Shown here in pieces: positions 9,916 through 18,657 of a DNA stretch of 32,000 nucleotides (its first letter is position 1; each line of letters starts with the position of its first letter). Both the position numbers and the translations under genes were made by a program. Below the pieces are notes generated by a model. It was given only the letters and a program-made list of their open reading frames with translations, was not told the DNA's origin and made no database searches. Source of the stretch: Dickeya dadantii NCPPB 898 (lineage in GTDB: Bacteria > Pseudomonadota > Gammaproteobacteria > Enterobacterales > Enterobacteriaceae); assembly GCF_000406145.1 (NCBI RefSeq), contig NZ_CM001976.1:4579545-4611544 (forward strand), read 5' to 3'.

Positions 9916-11814
9916 ATGACGGATACCACCTCAACCGCAATCCCTGCTGCGATCGCGTCCGACCCGGCGCCGCAACCGGTGCTGGAGATCGATGACCTGA
10001 GCGTTAGCTTCAGCGGCCGCTCCGGCACCCATCTGGCGCTCAAGGGCGTCTCTTTCAGCCTCAACAAAGGGGAAGTGGTAGCCGTGGTCGGCGAGAGCGG
10101 TTCCGGCAAGTCGGTCACCTCCCTGACGGTGATGGGGCTGCTGGCCGCGTCCGCCCGCATTGAACGCGGCGGCATCCGCTTTACCGATAACGCCGGCCGC
10201 CGCCACGACTTGCTGACCATGAAGGACGACGCCCGCCGTCGGCTGCGCGGCCGCGATATGGCGATGATCTTTCAGGAGCCGATGACCTCGCTCAACCCGG
10301 TGCTGAAAGTAGGCGACCAGCTCACCGAAGCGTTGCTGGACCACCAGATGTGCGACGCCGCCAGCGCCGACCGCAAGGCGCGCGAGCTGCTGCGTAAGGT
10401 GCGCATCGCCGACATCGACCGGGTGATGAACAGCTACCCGCACTCGCTGTCCGGCGGCATGCGCCAGCGGGTGATGATCGCTCAGGCGCTGGCGTGCGAC
10501 CCACAGTTGCTGATCGCCGACGAACCCACCACCGCGCTGGATGTGACGGTACAGGCGCGCATCCTGCAAATCCTGCGCGACCTGCAGCGCCAGAGCAACA
10601 TGTCGGTGCTGTTCATCACCCACGACATGGGCGTGGTGGCGGAAATCGCCGACCGCGTGGTGGTGATGTACCGTGGCGAGGTGGTGGAACACGGGACGGT
10701 GGACGCCATTTTCAACCGCCCGCAGCACGACTATACCAAAGCGCTGCTGGCGGCGGTGCCGCGATTGGGCGATATGCGCGACAGCGCCTGGCCTAAGCGC
10801 TTCCCGCTGCTGGGGCAGCAAAACGCCGCGCCCGAACAGGACCATACCACCGCGCGCTATGACGCGCCGCCGCTGCTCGACATCCGCGGCCTGAAAGTCT
10901 ATTACCCGATTCGCAGCGGCATTCTCTCCTCCGTCACCCACCGGGTCCATGCGGTGGAGCAGATCGATTTCGCCGTGTGGCCGGGCGAAACGCTGGCGAT
11001 TGTCGGCGAATCCGGCTGCGGCAAATCCACCACCGGGCGGGCTCTGCTGCGGCTGGTGGAAAGCCAGACCGACAGCCTGCTGTTCGACGGGCAGGAAATC
11101 GCCGGTCTGCGCGACCGCGACTTCCAGCCGCTGCGCCGCAAAATGCAGATGGTGTTTCAGGACCCGTACGCCTCGCTCAACCCGCGCCTGACCGTCGGTT
11201 TCACCATCGCCGAGCCACTGCTGCTGCACGGGTTGGTGAAATCGCTGGAAGACGCCACGCCGCAGGTGCAGGCGCTGCTGAAAAGCGTCGGCCTGCAACC
11301 GGAGCACGCTCAACGCTATCCGCACGAATTTTCCGGCGGCCAGCGCCAGCGTATCGCCATCGCCCGCGCCATGGCGCTGCAACCGCAGGTGATCATCGCC
11401 GACGAAGCGGTGTCGGCGCTGGACGTGTCGATTCAGGCGCAGGTGGTCAACCTGATGATGGATTTACAGCAGAAAACCGGCGTGTCGTGGATTTTCATCT
11501 CCCACGACATGGCGGTGGTGGAACGCATCGCCAACCGCGTGGCGGTGATGTACCTCGGTCAGATCGTGGAAATCGGCCCGCGTCAGTCGGTGTTCAACAA
11601 TCCGCAGCATCCGTATACCCAACGCCTGCTGGCCTCGGTGCCGATTGCCGACCCCAGCCGCCGCTATGCGCGCGAGCTGGACGACAGCGAAATCCCCTCG
11701 CCGCTGCGCAAGGCGAACGAGGTGGTGGAAAAAGCCCGTTACCGCGAAGTCGCCCCGCACCACTGGGTGAGCGAAGCCGGACTTGAGCCGTCTGCCAGTA
11801 GCAGTAAACCGTAG
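9916..11814 (+). CDS. gsiA: Fused double ATPase of a peptide/glutathione ABC importer (GsiA-like)
   Basis: Two Walker A sites ([16 protein letters not shown]) and two signatures (LSGGMRQR, FSGGQRQR), collinear with E. coli GsiA as I recall it. I prefer ATG 9916, which has GGAG 5 nt upstream. The track start at 9892 is a GTG overlapping the dgcA-like stop (GTGA). Confidence 0.88.
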   Translation: MTDTTSTAIPAAIASDPAPQPVLEIDDLSVSFSGRSGTHLALKGVSFSLNKGEVVAVVGESGSGKSVTSLTVMGLLAASARIERGGIRFTDNAGRRHDLLTMKDDARRRLRGRDMAMIFQEPMTSLNPVLKVGDQLTEALLDHQMCDAASADRKARELLRKVRIADIDRVMNSYPHSLSGGMRQRVMIAQALACDPQLLIADEPTTALDVTVQARILQILRDLQRQSNMSVLFITHDMGVVAEIADRVVVMYRGEVVEHGTVDAIFNRPQHDYTKALLAAVPRLGDMRDSAWPKRFPLLGQQNAAPEQDHTTARYDAPPLLDIRGLKVYYPIRSGILSSVTHRVHAVEQIDFAVWPGETLAIVGESGCGKSTTGRALLRLVESQTDSLLFDGQEIAGLRDRDFQPLRRKMQMVFQDPYASLNPRLTVGFTIAEPLLLHGLVKSLEDATPQVQALLKSVGLQPEHAQRYPHEFSGGQRQRIAIARAMALQPQVIIADEAVSALDVSIQAQVVNLMMDLQQKTGVSWIFISHDMAVVERIANRVAVMYLGQIVEIGPRQSVFNNPQHPYTQRLLASVPIADPSRRYARELDDSEIPSPLRKANEVVEKARYREVAPHHWVSEAGLEPSASSSKP

Positions 11815-11861
11815 TCAGTAGTGAACAGTAGTCAGTAGTGAACAGCAGTCAGTAGTGAACA
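11811..11861. repeat. 3 x 17-bp tandem repeat (gtagtcagtagtgaaca)
   Basis: Copies at 11811-11827, 11828-11844 (identical) and 11845-11861 (1 mismatch). The first copy contains the gsiA-like TAG stop codon. Confidence 0.95.
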
Positions 11862-12015
11862 ATAGTATCGTCCAACACCAGGGACACCCCACTGTCTGTG
11901 GGTTATCACCGCATCAGCAATGTACTGATAGCTGGAAAATTAAACAGTAATAAAAACAAACAATAATCGAAAGCAGCAACACAACCAGCAACACATACCA
12001 TTTACAGGAGACACC

Positions 12016-13572
12016 ATGAAATCGTTACTATCCACAGTAACTTCACGTCGTTCCGCCGTCGCTCTTGGGCTGTCATTGTGTCTGGCCGCTGCGGCTCAGG
12101 CGCAGGATCTGCGTATTTCCATGTATGCCGATATCACCGGGCTGGACCCGCACGACACCTCGGACACCCTGAGCTACTCCATCCAGAGCGGGATCTTCGA
12201 GCGCCTGTTCCAGTTCGACAACCAGATGAAACTGGTGCCGCGGCTGGCTACCGGCTACACCGGTAACGCCGACGCCACCGAATTCACCATCACCCTGCGC
12301 GAAGGCGTCACCTTCCAGGACGGCACGCCGTTCAACGCCGATGCGGTGAAAGCCAACCTTGACCGTCTGGCCGACCAGACCAAAGGGCTTAAACGCAACA
12401 GCCTGTTCAACATGATCAAAAGCGTGACGGTACTGTCGCCGACGCAGGTGAAGATCGAACTGAACAAATCCTTCGGCGCCTTCATCAACACGCTGGCGCA
12501 CCCGTCGGCGGTGATGCACAGCCCGGCGGCGCTGAAACAGTACCCGGACGAAACCCAGCTGCGCGTGCACCCGGTCGGCACCGGCCCGTTCAAGTTTTCC
12601 GAATGGCAGCAGGGTAAAGACGTCAAGCTGGTGAAATACGACAACTACTGGCAGAAAGGCTGGCCGAAAGTCGACAGCGTGACCTTCTACCCGTCGCCGG
12701 AAGACGCCACCCGCGTCGCGGCGCTGAAATCCGGCCAGTCCGACGCTATCTACCCGCTGCCGTCCGATCTGGTAAAAACCATTGAAGAAGACGCCAAGCT
12801 GGCGATCCAGCGCGACCCCAGCATCTATCTGTACTACATGGCGATCAACACCCAGCACGCGCCGCTGAACGACGTGCGTGTGCGCCAGGCGCTGAACTAC
12901 GCCATCAACCGCACCATCTGGCTGAAAGTCGGTTTTGCCGGCATGGGCCTGCCTGCCGCGTCCGCTATGGCGCCGCGCGTGCAGTTCTTCGCCAGCCAGA
13001 GCGAACCGAACTACACCTACAGCCCGGCCAAGGCCAAAGAACTGTTGAAAGAAGCCGGTTATGAGAACGGGCTGGAGCTGAAACTGTGGACCACCAACAC
13101 CACCGCCGCGGTGCGCAGTGCGCAGTTCTTCAAACAGCAACTGGAGCAGGTCGGCATCAAGGCGACCGTAACCCCGATGGATTCCGGCGCGCGCAACGAA
13201 AAACTGTGGGGCGTGAAAGACCCGAAACAGGCCGAGTTTGACCTGTACTACGGCGGCTGGTCGCCGTCCACCGGCGACGCCGACTGGGCGCTGCGTCCGC
13301 TGTTCGCCACCGAGTCCTGGGTGCCGAAAGCCTACAACGTCTCTTACTACAGCAACCCGGATGTGGACAAAGCCATCATGGCCGGTCTGGCGACCCCGGA
13401 TAACGACAAACGCGCCGCCGCTTACGCCGATGCCCAGAAGCTGATCTGGAAAGACGCGCCGGTGGTATTCCTGGGCGTACCGGACAACCTGGTGGGCAAA
13501 GTGAAAAATCTGTCCGGCGTTTACATGCTGGCTGACGGTTCGCTGATCTTCGATCAGGCTGAGTTCAAGTAA
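12016..13572 (+). CDS. gsiB: Periplasmic peptide/glutathione-binding protein (GsiB-like, family 5 SBP)
   Basis: 518 aa. Sec signal MKSLL...CLAAAAQAQ. FQDGTPFNADAVKANLDR, HPVGTGPFKF, RQALNYAINR and GWSPSTGDADWALRPLF parallel E. coli GsiB. AGGAG Shine-Dalgarno. Confidence 0.88.
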   Translation: MKSLLSTVTSRRSAVALGLSLCLAAAAQAQDLRISMYADITGLDPHDTSDTLSYSIQSGIFERLFQFDNQMKLVPRLATGYTGNADATEFTITLREGVTFQDGTPFNADAVKANLDRLADQTKGLKRNSLFNMIKSVTVLSPTQVKIELNKSFGAFINTLAHPSAVMHSPAALKQYPDETQLRVHPVGTGPFKFSEWQQGKDVKLVKYDNYWQKGWPKVDSVTFYPSPEDATRVAALKSGQSDAIYPLPSDLVKTIEEDAKLAIQRDPSIYLYYMAINTQHAPLNDVRVRQALNYAINRTIWLKVGFAGMGLPAASAMAPRVQFFASQSEPNYTYSPAKAKELLKEAGYENGLELKLWTTNTTAAVRSAQFFKQQLEQVGIKATVTPMDSGARNEKLWGVKDPKQAEFDLYYGGWSPSTGDADWALRPLFATESWVPKAYNVSYYSNPDVDKAIMAGLATPDNDKRAAAYADAQKLIWKDAPVVFLGVPDNLVGKVKNLSGVYMLADGSLIFDQAEFK

Positions 13573-13589
13573 TCACACAGGGGATCGCC

Positions 13590-14510
13590 ATGTTTGCTTA
13601 TATCGTCCGACGTTTGCTGGAAATGATCCCGGTTTTGCTGGTGATCTCCCTGTTGGTGTTCGGTTTTATCAAGCTGTTACCGGGTGACCCGGCGCGGATC
13701 TACGCCGGCCCCGACGCCCCCATCGAGGCGGTGGAAGCCGCCCGTGAGCGTCTGGGGTTGAACGATCCGCTGCCGCAGCAATACCTCAACTGGCTGGACG
13801 GGTTGGTGCACGGTGATCTCGGCATCACCTACCGCACCCAGCAGCCGGTGCTGACCGTCATCCAGAAAAGTTTTATGCCGACGTTGTGGCTGGCGCTGGC
13901 CGGCTTCGCCTGGTCGGTGCTGCTCGGCCTGCTGATCGGCGTGTTTGCCGCGCTCAAACGCGGTAAATGGCAGGACTGGTCGCTGATGAGTCTGGCGGTT
14001 GGCGGCATCTCGATGCCGCCGTTCTGGCTCGGCCTGCTGCTGATCCAGTTCGTCGCCATGCCGTTCGGCATTTTTTCGGTCAGCGGTTACAACAAACCGG
14101 CCGACATTATTCTGCCCGCGCTGACGCTGGGCGCCTCGGTGGCCGCCGTGATGGCGCGCTTTACCCGCTCCGCCTTTCTGGAAGTGATGCAGGAAGATTA
14201 TGTGCGCACCGCCCGCGCCAAAGGGCTGCGCCAGCGGCTAATCGTCTGGAAACACGTGATGCGCAACGCGCTGATTCCGGTGATCACCATGCTCGGGTTG
14301 CAGTTCGGTTTTCTGCTGGGCGGCTCGATTGTGGTGGAAAGCGTGTTCAACTGGCCGGGGCTTGGCTGGTTGTTGATCGAATCCATTAAAACGCAGGATC
14401 AACCGGTGATTCAGGCGCTGGTGATGCTGTTCGTGTTTGAATTTATCCTGATTAACCTGCTGGTCGACCTGCTGTACGCGGTGGTGAACCCGGCCATTCG
14501 TCTGCGTTAG
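13590..14510 (+). CDS. gsiC: ABC importer permease (GsiC-like)
   Basis: 306 aa. LPGDPAR, MARFTRSAFLEVMQEDYVRTARAKGL, VFNWPGLG. Confidence 0.88.
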   Translation: MFAYIVRRLLEMIPVLLVISLLVFGFIKLLPGDPARIYAGPDAPIEAVEAARERLGLNDPLPQQYLNWLDGLVHGDLGITYRTQQPVLTVIQKSFMPTLWLALAGFAWSVLLGLLIGVFAALKRGKWQDWSLMSLAVGGISMPPFWLGLLLIQFVAMPFGIFSVSGYNKPADIILPALTLGASVAAVMARFTRSAFLEVMQEDYVRTARAKGLRQRLIVWKHVMRNALIPVITMLGLQFGFLLGGSIVVESVFNWPGLGWLLIESIKTQDQPVIQALVMLFVFEFILINLLVDLLYAVVNPAIRLR

Positions 14511-14518
14511 GAGCTGCG

Positions 14519-15421
14519 ATGAACACTTCTCAAGAGCCGACCGCGGCGACCCCATCCGCCCTGAACGACAGCGCAATTCGTTCACCGTGGCGCGATTTTC
14601 TGCATGCGTTCATCCGCAACCCGATGGCGCTGGCCTCCGGCGGTTTCGTGCTGCTGCTGGTGCTGATAGCAGTGTTCGCTCCCTGGCTGGCCCCCTGGAG
14701 CCCGATGGAGCCTGACTGGATGGCGCTCGGCGCAGCGCCTTCCGCCGACCACTGGATGGGCACCGACGATCTGGGCCGCGACGTGATGAGCCGCATTATT
14801 TACGGCGCACGCATTTCGCTCTACATCGGCATCGTCTCAGTCTCGCTCGGTATGCTGGCGGGCATCGCCCTCGGTTTGCTGGCAGGCTATTATGGCCGCA
14901 GCATCGACATGCTGATCATGCGCGGCTGCGACGTATTGTTCGCGTTTCCCGGCATGCTGCTGGCGATCGCGGTGGTGGCGATCCTCGGCCCCGGCCTCAA
15001 TAACGTGATTATCGCGGTGGCGGTATTCAGCGTGCCGGTGTTCGCCCGCATCGTGCGCGCCTCCACGCTGTCGCTCAAACAGGCCGCCTACGTCGAAGCG
15101 GTGCGCTGCGCCGGCGCGCCGGACCGGGTGATTCTGCTGCGTCATATTCTGCCGGGCACCCTGTCGAACGTGATTGTGTATTTCACCATGCGTATCGGCA
15201 CCAGTATCCTGACCGCCGCCGGCCTGAGTTTCATCGGTCTGGGACCGGAGCCGGACGTGCCGGAATGGGGCAACATTCTGGCGATGAGCCGCAGCATGAT
15301 GATGGCAGGGCAATGGCACGTCAGCGTGTTCCCCGGTCTGGCTATCTTCTGCACCGTGCTGGCGTTCAACCTGCTGGGCGACGCGCTGCGCGACACGCTG
15401 GACCCGAAACTGAAAAGTTAA
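14519..15421 (+). CDS. gsiD: ABC importer permease (GsiD-like)
   Basis: 300 aa. GTDDLGRDVMSRIIYGARISL, CDVLFAFPGMLLAIAVVAILG, LRHILPGT, LGDALRDTLDPKLK. AGGAG Shine-Dalgarno. Confidence 0.88.
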   Translation: MNTSQEPTAATPSALNDSAIRSPWRDFLHAFIRNPMALASGGFVLLLVLIAVFAPWLAPWSPMEPDWMALGAAPSADHWMGTDDLGRDVMSRIIYGARISLYIGIVSVSLGMLAGIALGLLAGYYGRSIDMLIMRGCDVLFAFPGMLLAIAVVAILGPGLNNVIIAVAVFSVPVFARIVRASTLSLKQAAYVEAVRCAGAPDRVILLRHILPGTLSNVIVYFTMRIGTSILTAAGLSFIGLGPEPDVPEWGNILAMSRSMMMAGQWHVSVFPGLAIFCTVLAFNLLGDALRDTLDPKLKS

Positions 15422-15432
15422 GCGAAGACACC

Positions 15433-16491
15433 ATGACTCCTTATCAACAGGCGCGGCTGGCGCCGCTGCTGCAACGCTGGCGCACCGAACGCCTGCTCGG
15501 CATGCCGCGCCTGCCTTGCGGCCCGCACAATCGCCTGAGCGACGTGCCCGGCGTGCGGGTCGGCCACCATACGCTGGCCAACGGCGAGATTCAGACCGGC
15601 GTCACCGCCATCGTGCCGCCCGGCGATAACCTGTTTACACAACCGTTGCCCTGCGGCGCGGCGGTGCTTAACGGCTTCGCCAAACCGGTGGGGCTGGTGC
15701 AAATTGAAGAGCTGGGACGCTTGCAGACGCCTGTCCTGCTCAGTAATACCCTGTCGATCGGCACATTGTTTACCACGCTGGTGCGCGACGCCATTGGCCG
15801 CAACCCGGAACTGGGGCGCAGTTTGCCGACCGTCAACCCGCTGGCGCTGGAGTGCAACGACGGCTGGCTCAACGATATTCAGGCGCTGGCGGTAACCGAT
15901 GCGATGGCGCGCGCGGCGCTGGACAACGCCACGGCGGATTTTGCCCGCGGCAGCGTCGGCGCCGGGCGCGGCATGAGCTGCTTTGCGCTCAAAGGCGGCA
16001 TCGGCACCGCTTCCCGGCTGATTCCGGAACTGAACGCCACCCTCGGCGTACTGGTGCTGGCCAATTTCGGCGCCCTTCCCGCCCTGACGCTGGACGGCGT
16101 GCAGGTCGGCGAGGCGATTGCGCCGCTGCTGCCGGAACTGGCGCCCCAACGTGACGCCGGCTCCATCATCATCATCATGGCCATCGACGCCGCGCTGGAT
16201 GCCCGCCAGCTCACCCGTATCGCTCGCCGCGCCGGCGCTGGGCTTGGGCGGCTCGGCAGCTACTGGGGGCACGGGTCCGGCGATATCGCGGTGGCCTTTT
16301 CCACCCAGCCGACGCCCCAGCCGCCGGAAGACGCACAGCTGGAACCGCTGCTCAACGCGGCGGCCGACGCCACCGAACACGCGGTGCTGGATGCGTTGTT
16401 GCAGGCCGAGGCCGTCACCGGTTTTCGCGGCCACCATCGCCCGGCCCTGACGCAGGTGCTGGACCGTCTGGCACAGGATTTTCCCGCATAA
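15433..16491 (+). CDS. P1 (S58, DmpA/BapA-type) Ntn aminopeptidase family protein
   Basis: 352 aa from ATG 15433. GVRVGHHT, KGGIGTAS, and a probable self-processing Gly|Ser site in DAG|SIIIIMAIDAAL. The track start at 15265 lies inside gsiD and is rejected. Confidence 0.75.
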   Translation: MTPYQQARLAPLLQRWRTERLLGMPRLPCGPHNRLSDVPGVRVGHHTLANGEIQTGVTAIVPPGDNLFTQPLPCGAAVLNGFAKPVGLVQIEELGRLQTPVLLSNTLSIGTLFTTLVRDAIGRNPELGRSLPTVNPLALECNDGWLNDIQALAVTDAMARAALDNATADFARGSVGAGRGMSCFALKGGIGTASRLIPELNATLGVLVLANFGALPALTLDGVQVGEAIAPLLPELAPQRDAGSIIIIMAIDAALDARQLTRIARRAGAGLGRLGSYWGHGSGDIAVAFSTQPTPQPPEDAQLEPLLNAAADATEHAVLDALLQAEAVTGFRGHHRPALTQVLDRLAQDFPA

Positions 16492-16523
16492 CCGCCTGAT
16501 GAACAGGCGATAAGGACGCTGAC

Positions 16524-17345
16524 ATGAAAGTATTTATTTCTGCGGATATCGAAGGCATCGCTGGCGTGATGCGCCCGGAACAGTGCAGCCCCGGCACGCC
16601 GGAATACCAGTTAGCCCGCGGGCTGATGGAGCAGGAAGTGAACGCCGCAATTGAAGGCGCGTTCGCCGGCGGCGCTAGCGAAGTGGTGGTGGCCGACAGC
16701 CACGCCGCCATGACCAACCTGCGCGCTGAAAATATCGACCCGCGCGCCCGGCTGGTACAGGGCAAACCGCGCGGTCTGTCGATGGTGGAAGGCTTGCAAC
16801 AGCAGCAGTTCGATGGCCTGATGTTCATCGGCTACCACAGCGCCGCCGGAGAACACGGCGTGCTGGCGCACACCATCAACGGCCGGGCGTTTTACCGGGT
16901 ACGCATCAACGGCGAAGTGATGGGCGAAAGCGATATCTACGCCGCCGCCGGCGCCGAGCTGAACACCCCGCTATGGCTGGTGAGCGGTGACGACACGCTG
17001 CAAAGCTGGATCAACCGCTACTACCCGGCCGCCCACTACGCCTGCGTGAAACGCGCCATTTCCCAGACCGCGGCGGAATCGCTGAGCCCCGAAGCGGCGC
17101 GCAACGCCATCCGGCTGGCGGCGACTCAGGCGGTGCAACAGGCGCATAAAGAGACGACTACCCGTTTGCAACCACCGTATAAACTGGAGCTGATGGTCGC
17201 CAAACCGGTACTGGCGGACCTGTTCTGCCTGATTCCGGGCGTCGTTCGCCAAGACGCCATCACCGTGGGCTACCAATCCCCGACCATCGCGCCGATCGTC
17301 AGCCTGCTGGGCGCATTTTCCTATCTGGCGACCACGCAGAATTAA
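16524..17345 (+). CDS. M55-family D-aminopeptidase (Bacillus DppA-type)
   Basis: 273 aa. MKVFISADIEGIAGV...EVVVADSHAAMTNL parallels B. subtilis DppA (MKLYMSVDMEGISG...VNDSH) as I recall it. Confidence 0.75.
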   Translation: MKVFISADIEGIAGVMRPEQCSPGTPEYQLARGLMEQEVNAAIEGAFAGGASEVVVADSHAAMTNLRAENIDPRARLVQGKPRGLSMVEGLQQQQFDGLMFIGYHSAAGEHGVLAHTINGRAFYRVRINGEVMGESDIYAAAGAELNTPLWLVSGDDTLQSWINRYYPAAHYACVKRAISQTAAESLSPEAARNAIRLAATQAVQQAHKETTTRLQPPYKLELMVAKPVLADLFCLIPGVVRQDAITVGYQSPTIAPIVSLLGAFSYLATTQN

Positions 17346-17375
17346 GCGCCTCGAACATAAGGAAGCACATCCAAG

Positions 17376-18335
17376 ATGAAACCGGTCATTGTGATTCATG
17401 GCGGCGCGGGCGCGCTCAGTCGCACGGCGATGGACAGCGAGAAAGAACAGCGCTATCGCGCCGCGTTGCAGAGCATCGTCGCCCGCGGGCAGGAAATCCT
17501 GGCCGCCAACGGCAGCGCGCTGGATGCGGTCACCGAGGCGGTGCGCCTGCTGGAAGAGTGCCCGCTGTTCAATGCGGGCAAAGGGGCGGTGTTTACCCAC
17601 CGCGGCACCCACGAACTGGACGCCAGCATCATGGACGGCCGTTCGCTGGAAGCGGGCGCCATCGCCGGTGTTAACCACATCCGCAACCCGATTCTGGCGG
17701 CCCGCGCGGTACTGGAGCGCAGCCCACACGTGATGTTTACGGCGGAAGGCGCTGAAACGTTCGCCCGCGAGCAGGGGCTGGAGATGGTCGAACCGGACTT
17801 TTTCTCCACCGACGAGCGCTACCAGCAGTTGCTGAAAGCGCAGACGGGCGACGGCAAGATCCTGCTGGATCACGATGGCGAACGTCAGGCGCAAGGCGCC
17901 GATCCGCTCGATCCGGATCGCAAGTTCGGTACCGTTGGCGCAGTAGCGCTGGACGCAGCCGGTAATCTGGCGGCGGCGACCTCCACCGGCGGCATGACCA
18001 ACAAACGCGCCGGACGCGTCGGCGACTCGCCGATCATCGGCGCAGGCTGTTACGCCAACAACCGCACCGTCGCCGTCTCCTGCACCGGCACCGGCGAGGT
18101 GTTCATGCGCACCGTCGCGGCGTACGACGTTTCGGCGTTGATGGAATACGGTAACCTGCCGCTGTCGCAAGCCGCCGATAACGTCGTCATGGAAAAAGTG
18201 CTGGCGCTGGGCGGCAGCGGCGGGCTAATCGCCGTTGACCATCAGGGCAATATCGCACTGCCGTTCAACAGCGAAGGCATGTACCGCGGCTATGGTTACG
18301 TCGGCGAAGACGCGGTCGTGGGGATTTATCGGTAA
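17376..18335 (+). CDS. iaaA: Isoaspartyl peptidase / L-asparaginase (Ntn hydrolase)
   Basis: 319 aa. HGGAGA, autoproteolytic Gly|Thr in KFG|TVGAVALD, TSTGGMTNK, GDSPIIGAG; collinear with E. coli IaaA. Confidence 0.9.
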   Translation: MKPVIVIHGGAGALSRTAMDSEKEQRYRAALQSIVARGQEILAANGSALDAVTEAVRLLEECPLFNAGKGAVFTHRGTHELDASIMDGRSLEAGAIAGVNHIRNPILAARAVLERSPHVMFTAEGAETFAREQGLEMVEPDFFSTDERYQQLLKAQTGDGKILLDHDGERQAQGADPLDPDRKFGTVGAVALDAAGNLAAATSTGGMTNKRAGRVGDSPIIGAGCYANNRTVAVSCTGTGEVFMRTVAAYDVSALMEYGNLPLSQAADNVVMEKVLALGGSGGLIAVDHQGNIALPFNSEGMYRGYGYVGEDAVVGIYR

Positions 18336-18411
18336 AATGATCCCCGCTGTACCTGCACGTTAGTCAGGTTATATTCCACACGATTCATCTTTACTGGTGG
18401 ATAGTGGTCAA

Positions 18412-18451
18412 AATGGCGAACCCGGACCTTGCACCGGATTCGCCATTTTTA
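18412..18451 (+). terminator. Rho-independent terminator ending the nine-gene operon
   Basis: AATGGCGAACCCGG-accttgca-CCGGATTCGCCATT (14-bp stem, 1 mismatch) followed by TTTTT. Confidence 0.75.
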
Positions 18452-18657
18452 TCCGTCAGTACCTCAGTTTTACTCCAGGCACCAGCCACTCACGTTTTGT
18501 AATAACGATAACCAACCGGGCAGCAGACGATAGCAGCGATCCAGCTCGCAACAAATGATTAAGTCCACAATATGTAACATGTTGTTACTATGATTAAATG
18601 AATAATTAAAATACAATTCCTTCTAATGTATGTTATTACGGTAAGTAAAGGTCAGAC

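Noticed and set aside
9931-11382. 483-aa ORF antisense to gsiA. The same class includes 12073-13140, 15418-16437, 16971-18170 and 27181-28104 (minus strand) and 20572-21429, 21687-22580, 22556-23554 and 25296-26354 (plus strand).
   Set aside because: All are mirror frames of well-supported conserved genes, are rich in R/G/A/Q/H, and lack Shine-Dalgarno sites or family motifs. They are GC-bias artefacts.
11811-11861. Possible CRISPR array
   Set aside because: The 17-bp units are directly contiguous with no spacers, there are only three copies, and no cas genes are present. It is a simple tandem repeat.
15265-15432. 56-codon upstream extension of the P1-peptidase ORF
   Set aside because: It lies inside gsiD in another frame. 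The ATG at 15433 sits 11 nt after the gsiD stop and begins the conserved region.
18414-18503. 29-codon ORF (MANPDLAPDSPFLSV...) in the gap between iaaA and the sulfotransferase gene
   Set aside because: It is built from the two arms of the operon terminator hairpin and has no Shine-Dalgarno. I also looked here for a Tyr-rich precursor peptide for the sulfotransferase and found none.
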